A stretch of 63,984 nucleotides of DNA, filler included, from Reticulomyxa filosa (GCA_000512085.1; 27 parts of 27 records of this genome joined end to end with filler, not necessarily neighbours in it); one strand, 5' to 3'. Shown: positions 52,027 to 63,984, counted from the first letter of the whole stretch. Notes: generated by a model from the letters alone, not told the origin. A program made the numbers and translations.

Positions 52027-52685
52027 GTTTGCGCAGTTAGTGTGCTTGTGTCCAAATGCTCTCTAGACTGAGATATTATACTATTGGCGTTCATCTCGTG
52101 CTGGTTGACAGGTCTTATGGAATGCTCATTGTCCATGAAGACAATGTTCTTTACGTCTTGGATTGTCAAGTGATGATCGCATAATAAATCTCGAAATAAA
52201 TCACAAACGTTATGTTGCAATATGTCGCGATACATCATAAAGTCGCCACGATAGAACGCATGTCCATACCTTTGCACCAAATGGTGTCGCAATGTCGTCT
52301 TCCCACTATAGCCTGGACCCAATATCAGTATTTGGTACTCTTGTAACGGCTCACTGTGATCCCGACAAAACGGACACATCCATTGCACATTTGCAAACCC
52401 TTTGTGATAGGTGTCGGCTTTTAACGTACTCCGCGTTTCCTTCAAAAAATGTTTTTTCTTTTTTTTTTCTTGAGATTTTTCGCTTGCAGAGAGCGCCGTA
52501 TCTTGACCTGCACGACGCGTGGATGTAAACAAACTCTGCTTATTGTTGCTGACTATGCTGCTATGTTTTGGCTCCAAGACTTTTTTGCGTTCAGCTTGGT
52601 GATCATTGGTTCGGGTATCTACACAACCATGAACATTTGTATCAAGACTTTTAGAATTATACTCCAATGACCAACAATCACCCAT
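52027..52685 (-). CDS. Divergent heterotrimeric G-protein alpha-like subunit with extended N-terminus, first exon
   Basis: MGDCWS start (myristoylation/palmitoylation type). EYQILILGPGYSGKTT P-loop at 52319-52293, followed by LRHHLVQRYGHAF...MYRDILQHNVCDLFRDLL, which parallels G-alpha IVKQMKIIH..GY.....YK..VYSNT...I..I. GT donor at 52026. Confidence 0.7.
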
Positions 52686-54094
52686 GGTTTCTTGCTTTAG
52701 TTGTTTTTAGTTTTTTTAGTTTTTCGAAAAATTCTACAGAACTCTGTTTAATTTTTTTTTTTGGAGATGCAAGTCGTCAAAGGTGCTAATCTTGCAAAAT
52801 AAGTTTACTGCGTCCAAAATAAAAGAAAAAACCATTTGTTCATCAAATCATCACATGCACTACAATTTTAATGCAAAAGAATAATAACAAATTTACCACA
52901 ATAAAAGCTTAAATTTTATAATTAGAGAAACAAAGAAGTATTGGTTTCTCAGTGGAACTATTAGTGCAACATCTTTTTTGGGTATGAGGTTTTATGTCCT
53001 ATCTTCATGAGGTACGCCTCTATTCATACCTGCAGTATATCGTATCCACCAGTTGTTCATAATAATTTTTAAAAAACTCAAATTATAGTAAATAACAAAT
53101 TAATCAAAAACTATTGTACGGCAAGTCACTAATATAGATTACTGAACTCTGAAAGAGTTGAGGAGCCCTCAGTGGGTTAAACTTCTCCCCAACTTTTCTT
53201 CCTTTTTGTTTGTTTTCTTTCTTTTATTGTGTTATTCATCTTCCATTTACTTAATTTATTTTTGTTTTATCGAAAGCAGATCTCTTTTTGAGTAAAATTT
53301 TTCGTATTACATTTAGTACACTACTGTGCATATGCTTTGATATTTTAAGTGTTTTTCTTGCTTGGCCAGAAAAATATTGATATTTCCTTTGTATATTTCT
53401 ATTTGCCTTTGAATTTTCTTCAGAATTTTCAGAATGACGTAAATGCATATTAAAATGATTATATTGACTGAGCATATATTGTTGAATGAAAATATAATAA
53501 TGTAAGTTTTATTTATATTTCTGCGAATATGTGTTAGATTATGATGTCTTGATACACAAAGTATAAATGTCTGATTTCATCGATTTTAACTCCTAATTAT
53601 ATAGTTTTTGTTTAAAATAAATTTATTCAAATTAGAAACGGATAGCAAATCAATACTGTAATTATTGCAATTTTCAATAAAATTTAATAGATTTAACATG
53701 TTAATTCTATCGTGTTTGTCTTCTGTCTGATTTTAGCTTTATTTTTAGTTTCATGTTTCTTCTAGATATGATTTGTTGGTGTAGTTAGTAGATATTTTCA
53801 CAAAATATACAATAAATGATATACAAATTTAAAACATATAAGTCTGTTTATTTCTTTTTTTGTTACCTTATGAAGTAATAGAAATTTTGGGATTACAAAT
53901 TTTAAAATGTTTCATACTATCAAAGGTTGTCATAAAATATATCAATCTGGAATAGCTATTGATGTTTATTAGTTACCTGTGTGTCAGATGTGACTATATG
54001 CTATTTATTCTAGTTTACCAAACTGGAAAAAGCAACGTTATTAACGCTAACAGCGTTAAAGGGGCATAGTGAACATGTTCAACGAAAACTAGAC

Positions 54095-55479
54095 ATGTGG
54101 AATCCATGGCAAATCATATCGATTGTTTGGATAGCAATAAGCGTTTTTTTCTTTTTTCCAGTATGTATTATGGAAATAAGAAAGTATTGGTTGTTGCGAA
54201 CAAAACATTTTATAAAAAATCGTCAACCGTTGCTTAGTGTTCTTTTGTTTGTGGCAATCCTTTTTCATAATTTGGGTGAGTAATCTATTATTTAAAAAAT
54301 AAATAAATAAAACAAAAAAAACGTTGTAAAAACAATGAACAGTTACATCTGCCTCGGGCGTGGTGGCGTTGTTTTCACCAAAGAGCAACTTGGAGTGGAT
54401 CATAGTATTGAATTTTTTGAGCACAATAGTATGTGGATATATAGGAATCTTGAGAAGTTTTCACATATGGTATGACTATATGTACAAGCGAGAATACGTG
54501 AAAAAGCATTGGATTAAAGACTTTGCGGCCTCTTATTCATTGTTTTATGTAAAATATCGTGACTCTTTGGGCAATGTCCGTTTCACTTCAATAATATTCG
54601 GAGGATTTACAATAGTATATATTATTATGTGTTGGTATGGATCACACGTTTTCTACGCAGCATCACGTATACACACATATATAAATATATGTACGTATAT
54701 ATGCACGTATACATGTGCACAATTTCATCACCACAAAAAAAAAAAAAAAAAAGTAACATTAACGCTGATGAATAAGATGCTTATAATATCCCAACTGCTA
54801 TTTCTATTCTATGTAGTCGGGAGCGTGGTATTGATAGTGGTAGTATCGATGAAGCAATCATCAGTGCATGATTTGATATACATTCGCGAAGAAGCGAGAC
54901 TATACATGATTTGGTCTGCATTTGGGACCGTGCTGTTCGTTGTGTTGACGTGGGTATTTCGAGTGGAAGGATCATTCGCAAAGTCGTTTGTTCTGTCCTT
55001 TTCGATCGGCAATCCGAGACGAGTGCTCGTCATGATCTGTCTCAATCTCGTTTTCTACCTTTTCTTTTTCACAGGCGCAACTTGGGTGAGGAAGATGCAA
55101 CGTGCGAACAAAGATTCGACTCTCATTTCTACCAATGACATGTCTGACGACAACAACAACGATCACACAATCCACCCTCCGTCCCCTGAAAACTTTTGGG
55201 ATCAGGTCACGCGTCCGCGCATCGGTACCTTTTCTCAAGATTTTCAAAAGTCGTTGATGTTTAGCATTTTCCGAGTCATTCAAGACAAAGATGGTTTTGA
55301 AGCTTTCATGGATCACTGCATCAAGTTAAAAAAAAAAACAAAAAAAACCCTTTGGGAGGGGAAAATAAATAAATACGTATACATGTAACAATACTTTTTT
55401 TCCCCAGTGAGTTTTCAACCGAAAACCTGCTCTACCTGCTTGAGTGCATTCAATTTAAGAAAAATATATGTGATATCTA
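54095..55479 (+). CDS. Seven-transmembrane protein fused to an RGS domain (7TM-RGS), 3'-partial
   Basis: Introns 54276-54342 and 55325-55407 splice in frame; a further intron-like segment lies at about 54635-54753. Seven hydrophobic segments, with HFIKNRQP before TM2 and DLIYIREE before TM6. RGS signature VIQDKDGFEAFMDHCINEFSTENLLYLLECIQFK. Confidence 0.85.
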
Positions 55480-58400
55480 GTTAANNNNNNNNNNNNNNNN
55501 NNNNNNNNNNNNNNNNNNNNNNNNNNNNTTAATTAATTAANNNNNNNNNNNNNNNNNNNNNNNNNNNNNNNNNNNNNNNNNNNNGTTTTCCTCCTCGTGA
55601 GAAATTTGTTACCGATTGTAAAGCATTGACCATGTTATCTAATTTAAACAAATACGAAAATTGTCACGTACGAAGTCGTAATGTCGGATATCGAATTCGT
55701 TTGAGTGATGTCGTTTATTGTGGTTTTGTAATCAAGAATGTAAGTATTCTTTTTTCAATAAAACTAGTTACAAGTAGCAATAATTGAAGAACAAAAATAT
55801 TATTAAGATACAAAAGTACAAACAAAGTAAAAGGTGATAGTAAATCAAATGCATTGAATAAATCATCACACATATTCGCAGTCACTCAGAATTGATGAAC
55901 TTACTCTCGAAACAATTGAAAGTTCTATATGAAGAGGTATACAATTGAATAGTATTGGAACAAGCACTTATTGTAAAACAAATATACACATCATTCAAAC
56001 AGGAGCATTTATGTTGATGCATTCACTAATCAAAACTATTTTCATTTGTATCTTAATTCAACAGAACGAGTCCATTTTTATCGATTTTATAAGTCCAAAT
56101 TTCCAAAATTTATTAAAGGTTTCAAAGAAATTGATAAGAAATATGTTCAATTTTATTTTGACACTGATGTATTTCATTGTCAAGTCATGAATGATTTGTC
56201 TCATATTTATTAAATTGTAAATTATTGAATATCCATTTGGAAGGATAATTATTTTTTGTTTGTTTAAGCTTAAGTATTTGAATTTGAATAACACACAACA
56301 GTCGTATGATTTTTGTCTCAACAGTTTGTTCAATGCATTTTATCATCAAAGTCAATTTTGAAATTGAAGAGTCGACACGGTGATTAAGAGTGTAAATGAA
56401 AATAATGATCGTCATACTTGGCAAAGTCTTTGTCTTAATGCCACTGCGCGCATTTTTCAAAGACGATTCCAAAGATTTTCAAATGCATTGCTGTCAGAAT
56501 GTTGTTTGTGTTTGCATAGCTTGTCACGGAATGCTGCAACTAGACTATGCTCATTTGCGTCTTGTCATTTTTAAATCCACAGCGGACTGTAAAGCTTTTC
56601 GTTGCATCACGTCACAATCTGCGAATGCGAATGTGTGAAAAGCGCAATTCGCAGTTCATTTCATTGCTTTGATATTTTCCTTTATCAAGTCATTCATATC
56701 CATTTCCACCCATTCGCCTTCATCCAATTTCGACAACGGCACTTTGATCTTGTTTTTATTCTATGCCTTCTTGTCTTCCTTCCGTCAATTCGATTACGTA
56801 TTTCGTCAGAATATTTGTCACCGTTGTCAATGCAATTGGCCCCGACCACAGCCATTGCTACATTCCATCGGTGAACGCTTCAGTATCAATGCATTCGTAA
56901 TCGATATTGAAACATTTTCAATGGCAATTCAGGATCTTTTGCCAACAGTGTATTTGTTAAATGTGTTGGTGCCATATAAATCTGGTTTAGTACCTCTTCT
57001 TCCTTGTTATTTCCATTATTATTATCATTATTATTAATCATTTTTATCATTTTTATCCTTCATTCTCCAGCACCGTTCATTTCTTCCCCCTTTATTCTTT
57101 TTTAAAAAAAATTCTTTTTTTTTTTGACTGACTCGGTCACCCCATAGCTCAAAAAGAACTGGATGAGTCTTGCAACACATTGCATATTGCTACGTTCGCG
57201 TATTTGATCGTCCATTTCCGGAGGCTGAATGTAACTTGCCTCCCCAGAGCTGTCCCATCCTGCCAACTTGTTGCAGTTGCCGTTGTTGTTCTTTTGTCTA
57301 TACATTACGTTCCGCTGGTTCCGCAGGAATAGCAATCGGTACATGGGGTCTAGTANNNNNNNNNNNNNNNNNNNNNNNNNNNNNNNNNNNNNNNNNNNNT
57401 TAATTAATTAANNNNNNNNNNNNNNNNNNNNNNNNNNNNNNNNNNNNNNNNNNNNTTTTTTTTTTTTCCTCCCATCTTCCCCCTTTTGCCTTTGTGCACG
57501 CGCAGCTTGGATTTTTGTTTGTTTTTTTTTTGAAGGAGTGGGAGGGGGGGGGGGAGAAAAAAAAAAAGAGAAAGACATAATAACATCAGAAATAATGCAT
57601 GAACCAATATATGTTTGAAAAAAGGTTTGGGACTGAAAGCGCCACAAGAATCAGTAATCGCGGAAAGAGATTTAATGTTGTCATCGATGGAAGAGGAGGC
57701 ATGTATGGCCCAGGAACGTAACGAAATGAAGGAAAGAGAGACAAAAATGAGCCCCAGTCAAATGATGAATCATCACTTGTATGCTTGTTTTGTGATCTGT
57801 TTTGGGACAGGGCTGGAGTGACGATTTTGTATGCTATGTACGATTTTTTATTTTTTTTTGAAAGATACAATCGGCAAATGATTTATTGACGTATAGGCTG
57901 CAGAGAAACAAAGATGTAACGACAAACACTGGCATTGACAAGAGTGTCAATAACTCGTTTTCAATGCCAAATCCAGAAAAAGAACACACAGTTCGTTGAT
58001 CAATAGTGACGATAGTCTCTCTATTTCGTCTGAAATGTCGGGATGCCAGGAGACTTTTCGCTCCGCTAACAAGCGAATGAAACTATGCACTGCAAATAAC
58101 AGTGTTTTGGATTGAAATGTACCTTTTCCCTCTCGCTACACATACACATTACATACACATAAATTAATTCACATTCATTTCCATTGACATTGTTAATCAG
58201 GTGGTTGTTTCATTTCTATTTGCTTGCTGATCTCTTTTCATCTTTTATCTTTTTCCATTGAAGCGTCTTCTCTATTTTGTTTCCTAATTGTCACTAAAAT
58301 TATTTCAATATTTGTCACTTCTTATTTTCCTTAATGATTTCAATACAATTCGCTTCCTTCGCTCTCTTTGTAGCTCATGCATTGCTTCTCTTTCATTGCG

Positions 58401-59559
58401 GGCATTGTTGCTTGGATAGCTAAATATCTGGTTATATTTTCTGATAAGTATATTAAGAATAGCTTATTCATTTGGTCATAATTTACGATATATTTATTGA
58501 AAATTTAAACGATCAATACAAAGTTAAATGTAAAATGCATTATCACCTCGGCTAATATTGATAACGTCATCAAAGTAAGAATGAATTATCCATTCAATCT
58601 TAAGAAAGAGAACTTGTCCGATCGAGAATGCCCGAAAGATTATGAAATTAAAATTATATAAAAATAACTTTTTATTATATCAAGCATAATAACGTTAAGA
58701 GATTTTATTTGTATATTGTTTTAGCTCAAGTGACAAATTTTCAAATAACAAAAACATATTTTCTGTTTTGTTGAGAAAAAGGACATATCATTTGTGAAAT
58801 ACTATATAATATATATTTTTTTTGACAATTATCAAACTGTAAATCGATGTTGTAATATTAAGTTTAATTATAAACTTAATCCACAATTGAATAAAAAATA
58901 GATCAACATTAGCAACAAAATGTTTTGTTAGGTGGTAAGCTACACCAAATTAACTGCTGTTGCGATTGTAAGTTTCATATTTGTCACTTCATAGTATGCC
59001 TTAAAATTTCTTTAAATTTTTTTTTTTTTTTTTAAATTTTAAAAATGTTTTATATAAAAAAATTAAAATGTTATTTGGAAAATGTTAAGTATTGAAATAT
59101 TAATCCAAAAAAAGCTTTGTAATAAAAAAAAGGTTTTAATATTTTATTCTGAATCCCAATTTACTAAGCTAGACTTTGCATAATAATTTCACAATTGACA
59201 CACAATGTAGTCGAAACATATTTTGACCTTCAATCGCGTCAAAAGAGTAAACAAATGANNNNNNNNNNNNNNNNNNNNNNNNNNNNNNNNNNNNNNNNNN
59301 NNTTAATTAATTAANNNNNNNNNNNNNNNNNNNNNNNNNNNNNNNNNNNNNNNNNNNNAAAAAAAGAAAATTGGAAAAAAAAAAGAAAATTAGAAAAAAA
59401 GAAAATTTGAAAAAAAAAAGAAAATTAAAAAAAAAGAAAATTGGAAAAAAAAAAAAAGAAAAACATTTAAAAATGATAAATGGAAAAAGGGGAGGGGAAT
59501 GGAAAATGAAAAATGCGCTATTGCGCATCGTCGAGACCTGTCGACGAAAGCAGAAAGCC

Positions 59560-61234
59560 ACACTCCAAGTTCACGTGGCAGAATTGGTGAGGTCAAGTTC
59601 GTTGTAAAGACCTTCTTTGGCAAACGCGATGAAGTGATAGTTTGGAGTTGGCCAAATGAATGTCCAGTTCAAGATGATGATATAGTTGGATTGGAAAATG
59701 GAGATGCATGTATTGTGAAATGGATTGGAAAAGTTTCATTTCTTGCAGGCGAAGTGATTGTCAATGGATTGGTCAAGGCAATACAAATTATCACAATGTA
59801 GAATTGGATGGAACAGTTTTTCAAAGCACCTAATTATCTAGGTTATTTTGCTTTGCCAGAAGAAATTGAAACCAATATGTGATCCACGAGATTTACCAGA
59901 CAACGCAAGTCAGCCGATGTTATAGAATAGCCCAACTCCATGAAACCATCAAAAATAGTTATAAAGTCCGCACAAGCAAAGTGGTTTGGAAAGAAACTGT
60001 ACAATCCAGAATGTGGTGGCAATTGCAACAGCGGAGTCCAGTACTTTAATGCGAAAAAGGGGATTGCCGTGCTCTCGCGCACCCAATGTATTCAACTTGA
60101 TTCGCTGCCTGATTTCGTAGCGTACAATATAATATTCAAATGTTGGTTGGAGATCGAATTCGAACTGAAAGGGTGCACTGTAGTTTTGAAAAACAATATA
60201 TATTGTATATAATTAATTGTTATATTTCATCAAATCAAATAAACGGCTAGACTGTTGGTCCAATACATTTCAAAGATGATGAAGTGTTGGCATAGAATTG
60301 GATGAGTGGCCATTTATGTGAACAACAGCAGCGTGGATATGAAGATGTACTTTGACTGCAGTGTCAAGAGGCTATTTCTGTGCGAAGCGCAATATCGCGG
60401 AAAATATGCCCGACATCATTGCATAGTACAAACGCATCCAAAGGCGTTGGAGTAGCCGATAATGATGATGACAAGATCGATCAAAAAAACAAAATTATCA
60501 AGTTGGCGATCGTGTTGGATTGGATAGGGTCGTTGTAAAATGAATCAGCGTGGCCGACCCTAGGTGCGAAGAAGTAATGGTGGAAATTGAACTCGATAAC
60601 TGGTATAGGCTGTCATAATGGAAGCCAAGATATGGGAAAATTTACAAGTTCATTACAAAAAAAAAAAAGATTATACGTACCTTGTGTTATCATAGATGTG
60701 TGTTTCAACTAGTGTGCGAAAAATCGTAAATGCTCTGCTCGTCGACGTTCCATGGCCAACATAATAGAATAGTGAAAGGTAAAGAAGGGTCCCGTGAGCA
60801 AAAAGACAAGACGACGAAAGGAACGAATATCCAGACTTCGAAAATATTTACAAGACATTTGAAAGTATGAAAAAGCGCTTGACCAACAAAGAATAATCCG
60901 CAAAAATTAAATGGAAAAGATTGGACGAAGGACCAATTCAAAGAAGGGCTTCACCATTTGGAAACATCACATCATCAAACTCGGCAAGACTTGAAAGACA
61001 TACGAAGAAGACATCGGCCAGTGAGCGAAAGCGATGACAAATATCTTTGGACGACGATATCAAAAAATTGATAGCGAGAAAGCGATTAGAAGCAAGAGTG
61101 AATAAAGATGCGAACGAAGACAACAAAATCAAATATGGACTTGCAAAAAATAAGTTTGAGAATTTGGTGATTTGGCTGTCGGCGATAGAGTTCGAATCTT
61201 GGGACGTCGTGCGTTATCTTGGCGATGTGCAATT
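59560..61234 (+). pseudogene. Decayed multi-CAP-Gly domain gene
   Basis: At least four degenerate units: GRIGEVKFVVKTFF, IVKWIGKVSFLAGEVI, GVQYFNAKKG, VGPIHFKDDEVL/GIELDEW..NNSSVDMKMYFDC and YQVGDRV...EIELDNW. Stops and frameshifts throughout. Confidence 0.75.
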
Positions 61235-61441
61235 NNNNNNNNNNNNNNNNNNNNNNNNNNNNNNNNNNNNNNNNNNNNTTAATTAATTAANNNNNNNNNN
61301 NNNNNNNNNNNNNNNNNNNNNNNNNNNNNNNNNNAAGTATATTTTAATTTTTTTTACTCTCCCCCCCCCCTTTTTGTTGATGCTTTAAATAATTACAAAC
61401 AAATACAATAATAATATTTTCTTTAAAAAAAAAAACAACAC

Positions 61442-61791
61442 CTGTTCAATTGCTTTGATAATCCAAGGCAAACGTACTGCAGTGGGAATTGGAATGTACA
61501 CAATGTCGACATTTTCGTTGTTGATTAGCTCTTTGTAAGAACATGGCAGTGCGTCTGGACAGTTTTTTTCAATGAACCTTTTCGCCTTGTTAATGTCACG
61601 ACTAGCCACAGCCACTATTTTTGAAGTGGGCTCTAACCGAATCGCTCGGGCTATTTTACTAGCAATTGCTGCGCACCCTAGTATGCCGTAGCGAGATTTT
61701 TCTCTGTTTTCTCTACAGCTTGTGTGGCTTCTGTTGTGGAAGTATCTGTCTTCGATTCTTCCCCAGTTAGAGATATTCTTTTGATTACCAT
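61442..61791 (-). CDS. Gfo/Idh/MocA-family NAD(P)-dependent oxidoreductase, first exon
   Basis: RYGILGCAAIA..IVAVASRDINKAKRF...SYKELINNENVDIVYIPIPT...WIIKAIEQ. One frameshift in an A/T run near 61700. Confidence 0.88.
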
Positions 61792-62128
61792 TTGCTAAGC
61801 ACTTAAAACTGGACTTTTTTTTTTGGGCAGCTCACTGTTGTTTTTTTTTACCAACGTGAGTAGATACAGAATAAGCACGAAAAAATCGGAACAATTTGTT
61901 AAGATCAGTTTTCAACACTTTTGCTTTACAAAAACAAAAAGTTTTTTTTACTTATAGTTTGTTTTTTTTGCATCAATTTACTTTTAGTTTAGGCAAACAT
62001 AGTTTTTTTTTTATAGTGTTTGTTTTTGTTTTTCTTTAGTCACTTTCACTCTTTCTTGTGTTTGAACTTTGTGTCGTAGTTCAAAAACTGTTCCTGGCAT
62101 ATATCTGATTCGTTCCAACTGATTTGAT

Positions 62129-62350
62129 ATGTCTGCATCAGTATCAGAGCACTACGAAGCAATGTTCTCACAAACAGACAGTAAATTGTTGGAGTCCTTG
62201 GACGATGCAGAAAAAAAGGAGGCGACGCACGACCCCGCGAACGACAGTATGATAAGCATTTCTGCGATGACCCCAGCATTGGAATCACCTTCCATGGAAA
62301 CAAAAGACGATGATCAGTGCAAGGTTGCTGAAAATGCATCGGTTACAAAA
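62129..62350 (+). CDS. Hypothetical acidic protein, first exon, divergent from the oxidoreductase
   Basis: ATG follows an AT-rich spacer, the composition is coding-like, and the exon ends at a GT/(GT)n tract at the contig edge. Confidence 0.5.
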
Positions 62351-62489
62351 TGTGTGTGTGTNNNNNNNNNNNNNNNNNNNNNNNNNNNNNNNNNNNNNNN
62401 NNNNNTTAATTAATTAANNNNNNNNNNNNNNNNNNNNNNNNNNNNNNNNNNNNNNNNNNNNGGTTTTTTTTTTTTTTTTTTAATTGCAG

Positions 62490-63118
62490 AAGACGATCGA
62501 CCATATGATCGCATGTGAGCTTGCTAGTCCATCGAAATGGAATGGAAAATTTCTGTCAATGAAAGCGCTTGACCGAAGCGCGTATTGTGGGTACACGGCA
62601 TATTTGTTTGATTACGCCGACAGAACGATAAGAAGCGGAAAGACCCCTTTCAAAAAGTTGAACATTACAGGCATTGGTGACGGAGGAACGAAGTTGGCAT
62701 GTTCAAAGTGTACGAACAAGTGTGCAAGCATATCCTTTACGGGGAGAAGATTGCCTCTGCTATTGGCTGTGATTATCTTATCACCGCCGGCGTGTCCAAT
62801 TGGGGGGCAGAGGCACTTGCCTGCGGAGTGTACGCTCACCACGTCCTTGCGCTTTTGGCGCAATCAACTGCCCCGTCTCAACAAGTCGATGTGTTGGCAG
62901 CCATTACTGTAATGCCAACATTGGCTCAACACTATGTCATCGCTTTGGGCAGTGGACACTTTGGCGCTGGTGACCCATTTTTGCATACCTACGATGGCGC
63001 TGCTGACGGCATTGCACTAGAGGAACATAGCAAAATGTTTCAAACGTTCAATCACATTGTTTTGCAAACAATTGTGCCGCTTTACTTTCGTCAATTGTTT
63101 CCAAAGTCCAAATTGTAA
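62490..63118 (+). CDS. D-glutamate cyclase-like (DUF4392) protein, last exon
   Basis: IDHMIACE, TGIGDGG[N]EVGM (one base missing near 62688), DYLITAGVSNWGAEALA and DG.....H. Confidence 0.85.
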
Positions 63119-63312
63119 AAAAAAAAAAAAAATATTTTATTTTTCTTTTTTTTTGAAAGTTGGAGGATAAGTCGTCAGTGTGGCTTATGATTAAAAAGTT
63201 TATAATTTTTTTTTTTTTTTTTTAATTGATCAAAAAAAAAAATTATACAAGAAAAGCTGAAAAAGTGCAAGATTAATTCATGAAACACACTCAAAACAAA
63301 ACAAAAAGTATG

Positions 63313-63951
63313 TTATAATTTTGAGGAGTGAAGCAACTTCTTGAGTTTATCGGCAACAGTCATTGGATCAACAACTGCCAACACTTCTAAAACTGGCCAA
63401 GCGTATTTGGGAGTCCATTCCAAGTACTCTGTTCAGACATCCATATTTGTATATTATAATATATAAAAAATATGTATACGTATGATAAGTGTAGTGCTCA
63501 AATAAAGCAATAACCACACCTCTGTTTTCGGGATAGTGAAAGACCATGTAAGCGCTCATGACAACAGAAGTAGTAAGACGAGTCAAGGCCAAAATGAAAA
63601 CGATAAGAATCTCTTCGTCCGTCAATGGGAACTGTTGATGATAGCTGTGAACGAGCGAGAAGAACACAGGCAGAAGTCGGTCAGGCTTTTTGTCGAGCAA
63701 AAAGTAGGCCGACAGTATGCTGATCTCCGCGATCGTGTACGTGTGAATGCTGTCCCCGTAGTCAATGAACGCACGAATTTCATGCGTCTTCGAATCACAT
63801 AGGATGTTCAGGTCATTTAAGTCATTGTGCACAACCGACTGTCTCAGCGTGCCACTCACCGGTACTACGTATCGTTTGTAATTCTCAAACACTTGTGAGG
63901 CTATTTTACGTCGATTTGGATTTTCTACGTATTCCTTTTTTTTTAGTTCGC
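63313..63951 (-). CDS. Hydroxylysine kinase / aminoglycoside-phosphotransferase-fold kinase, C-terminal exons
   Basis: VVHNDLNDLNIL (Brenner motif), IDYGD and FPLTDEE. Intron 63519-63429 joins YPENR to EYL..TPKYAW; stop at 63313-63315. Confidence 0.88.
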
Positions 63952-63984
63952 CTTTCATATACACATATACATATATGCATATAT

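Noticed and set aside
59359-59480. Lys-rich or Phe-rich ORFs from A/T-rich contig ends (also 38380-38516)
   Set aside because: Low-complexity, low-quality contig-end or intronic sequence, not protein coding.
2264-62461. Regularly recurring TTAATTAATTAA flanked by Ns, which could look like a repeat array or CRISPR
   Set aside because: Constant 100-nt length, N padding and six-frame stops mark it as an artificial linker. ORFs ending in X...LIN or X...N are artefacts.
1-63984. Apparent clustering of immunity-like genes (RNF213-like, vWA, STAND-WD40, TRAF) and of G-alpha/RGS with G-beta as an island
   Set aside because: They lie on different contigs joined arbitrarily, so only within-contig adjacency is evidence. 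The G-beta relic is not linked to the G-alpha/RGS pair.

Overview
This is not one continuous locus. It is a concatenation of 27 short (about 1-5 kb) eukaryotic draft contigs joined by an artificial 100-nt linker (N44-TTAATTAATTAA-N44, stops in all six frames), so neighbourhood is meaningful only within a contig. The DNA is AT-rich. It has short GT-AG introns filled with alternating purine-pyrimidine or poly-A/poly-T tracts, and many decayed gene copies. The WD40, Kelch and TRAF/Gly-rich families match my recollection of those expanded in the foraminiferan Reticulomyxa filosa (inference, no search run). Recognisable gene fragments: two RNF213/mysterin-like paralogs, an EF-hand protein, a USP20/33-like deubiquitinase, a winged-helix tandem AAA+ ATPase, a Cys/His-rich+vWA protein, PP4R1-like and SAPS/PP6R phosphatase subunits, an ATXR3-like SET domain, a CaMK, a SLC49/DIRC2-like MFS transporter, a Gfo/Idh/MocA oxidoreductase, D-glutamate cyclase-like and hydroxylysine-kinase-like enzymes, a LINE 3' end and several pseudogenes. 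The best candidate for an undescribed system lies on one contig (51985-55484): an N-terminally extended G-alpha-like gene and a 7TM-RGS gene, transcribed divergently across a 1.4-kb intergenic region. The second is the RNF213-like family, with no visible RING and a remodelled RZ finger. All family assignments are by eye from motifs.
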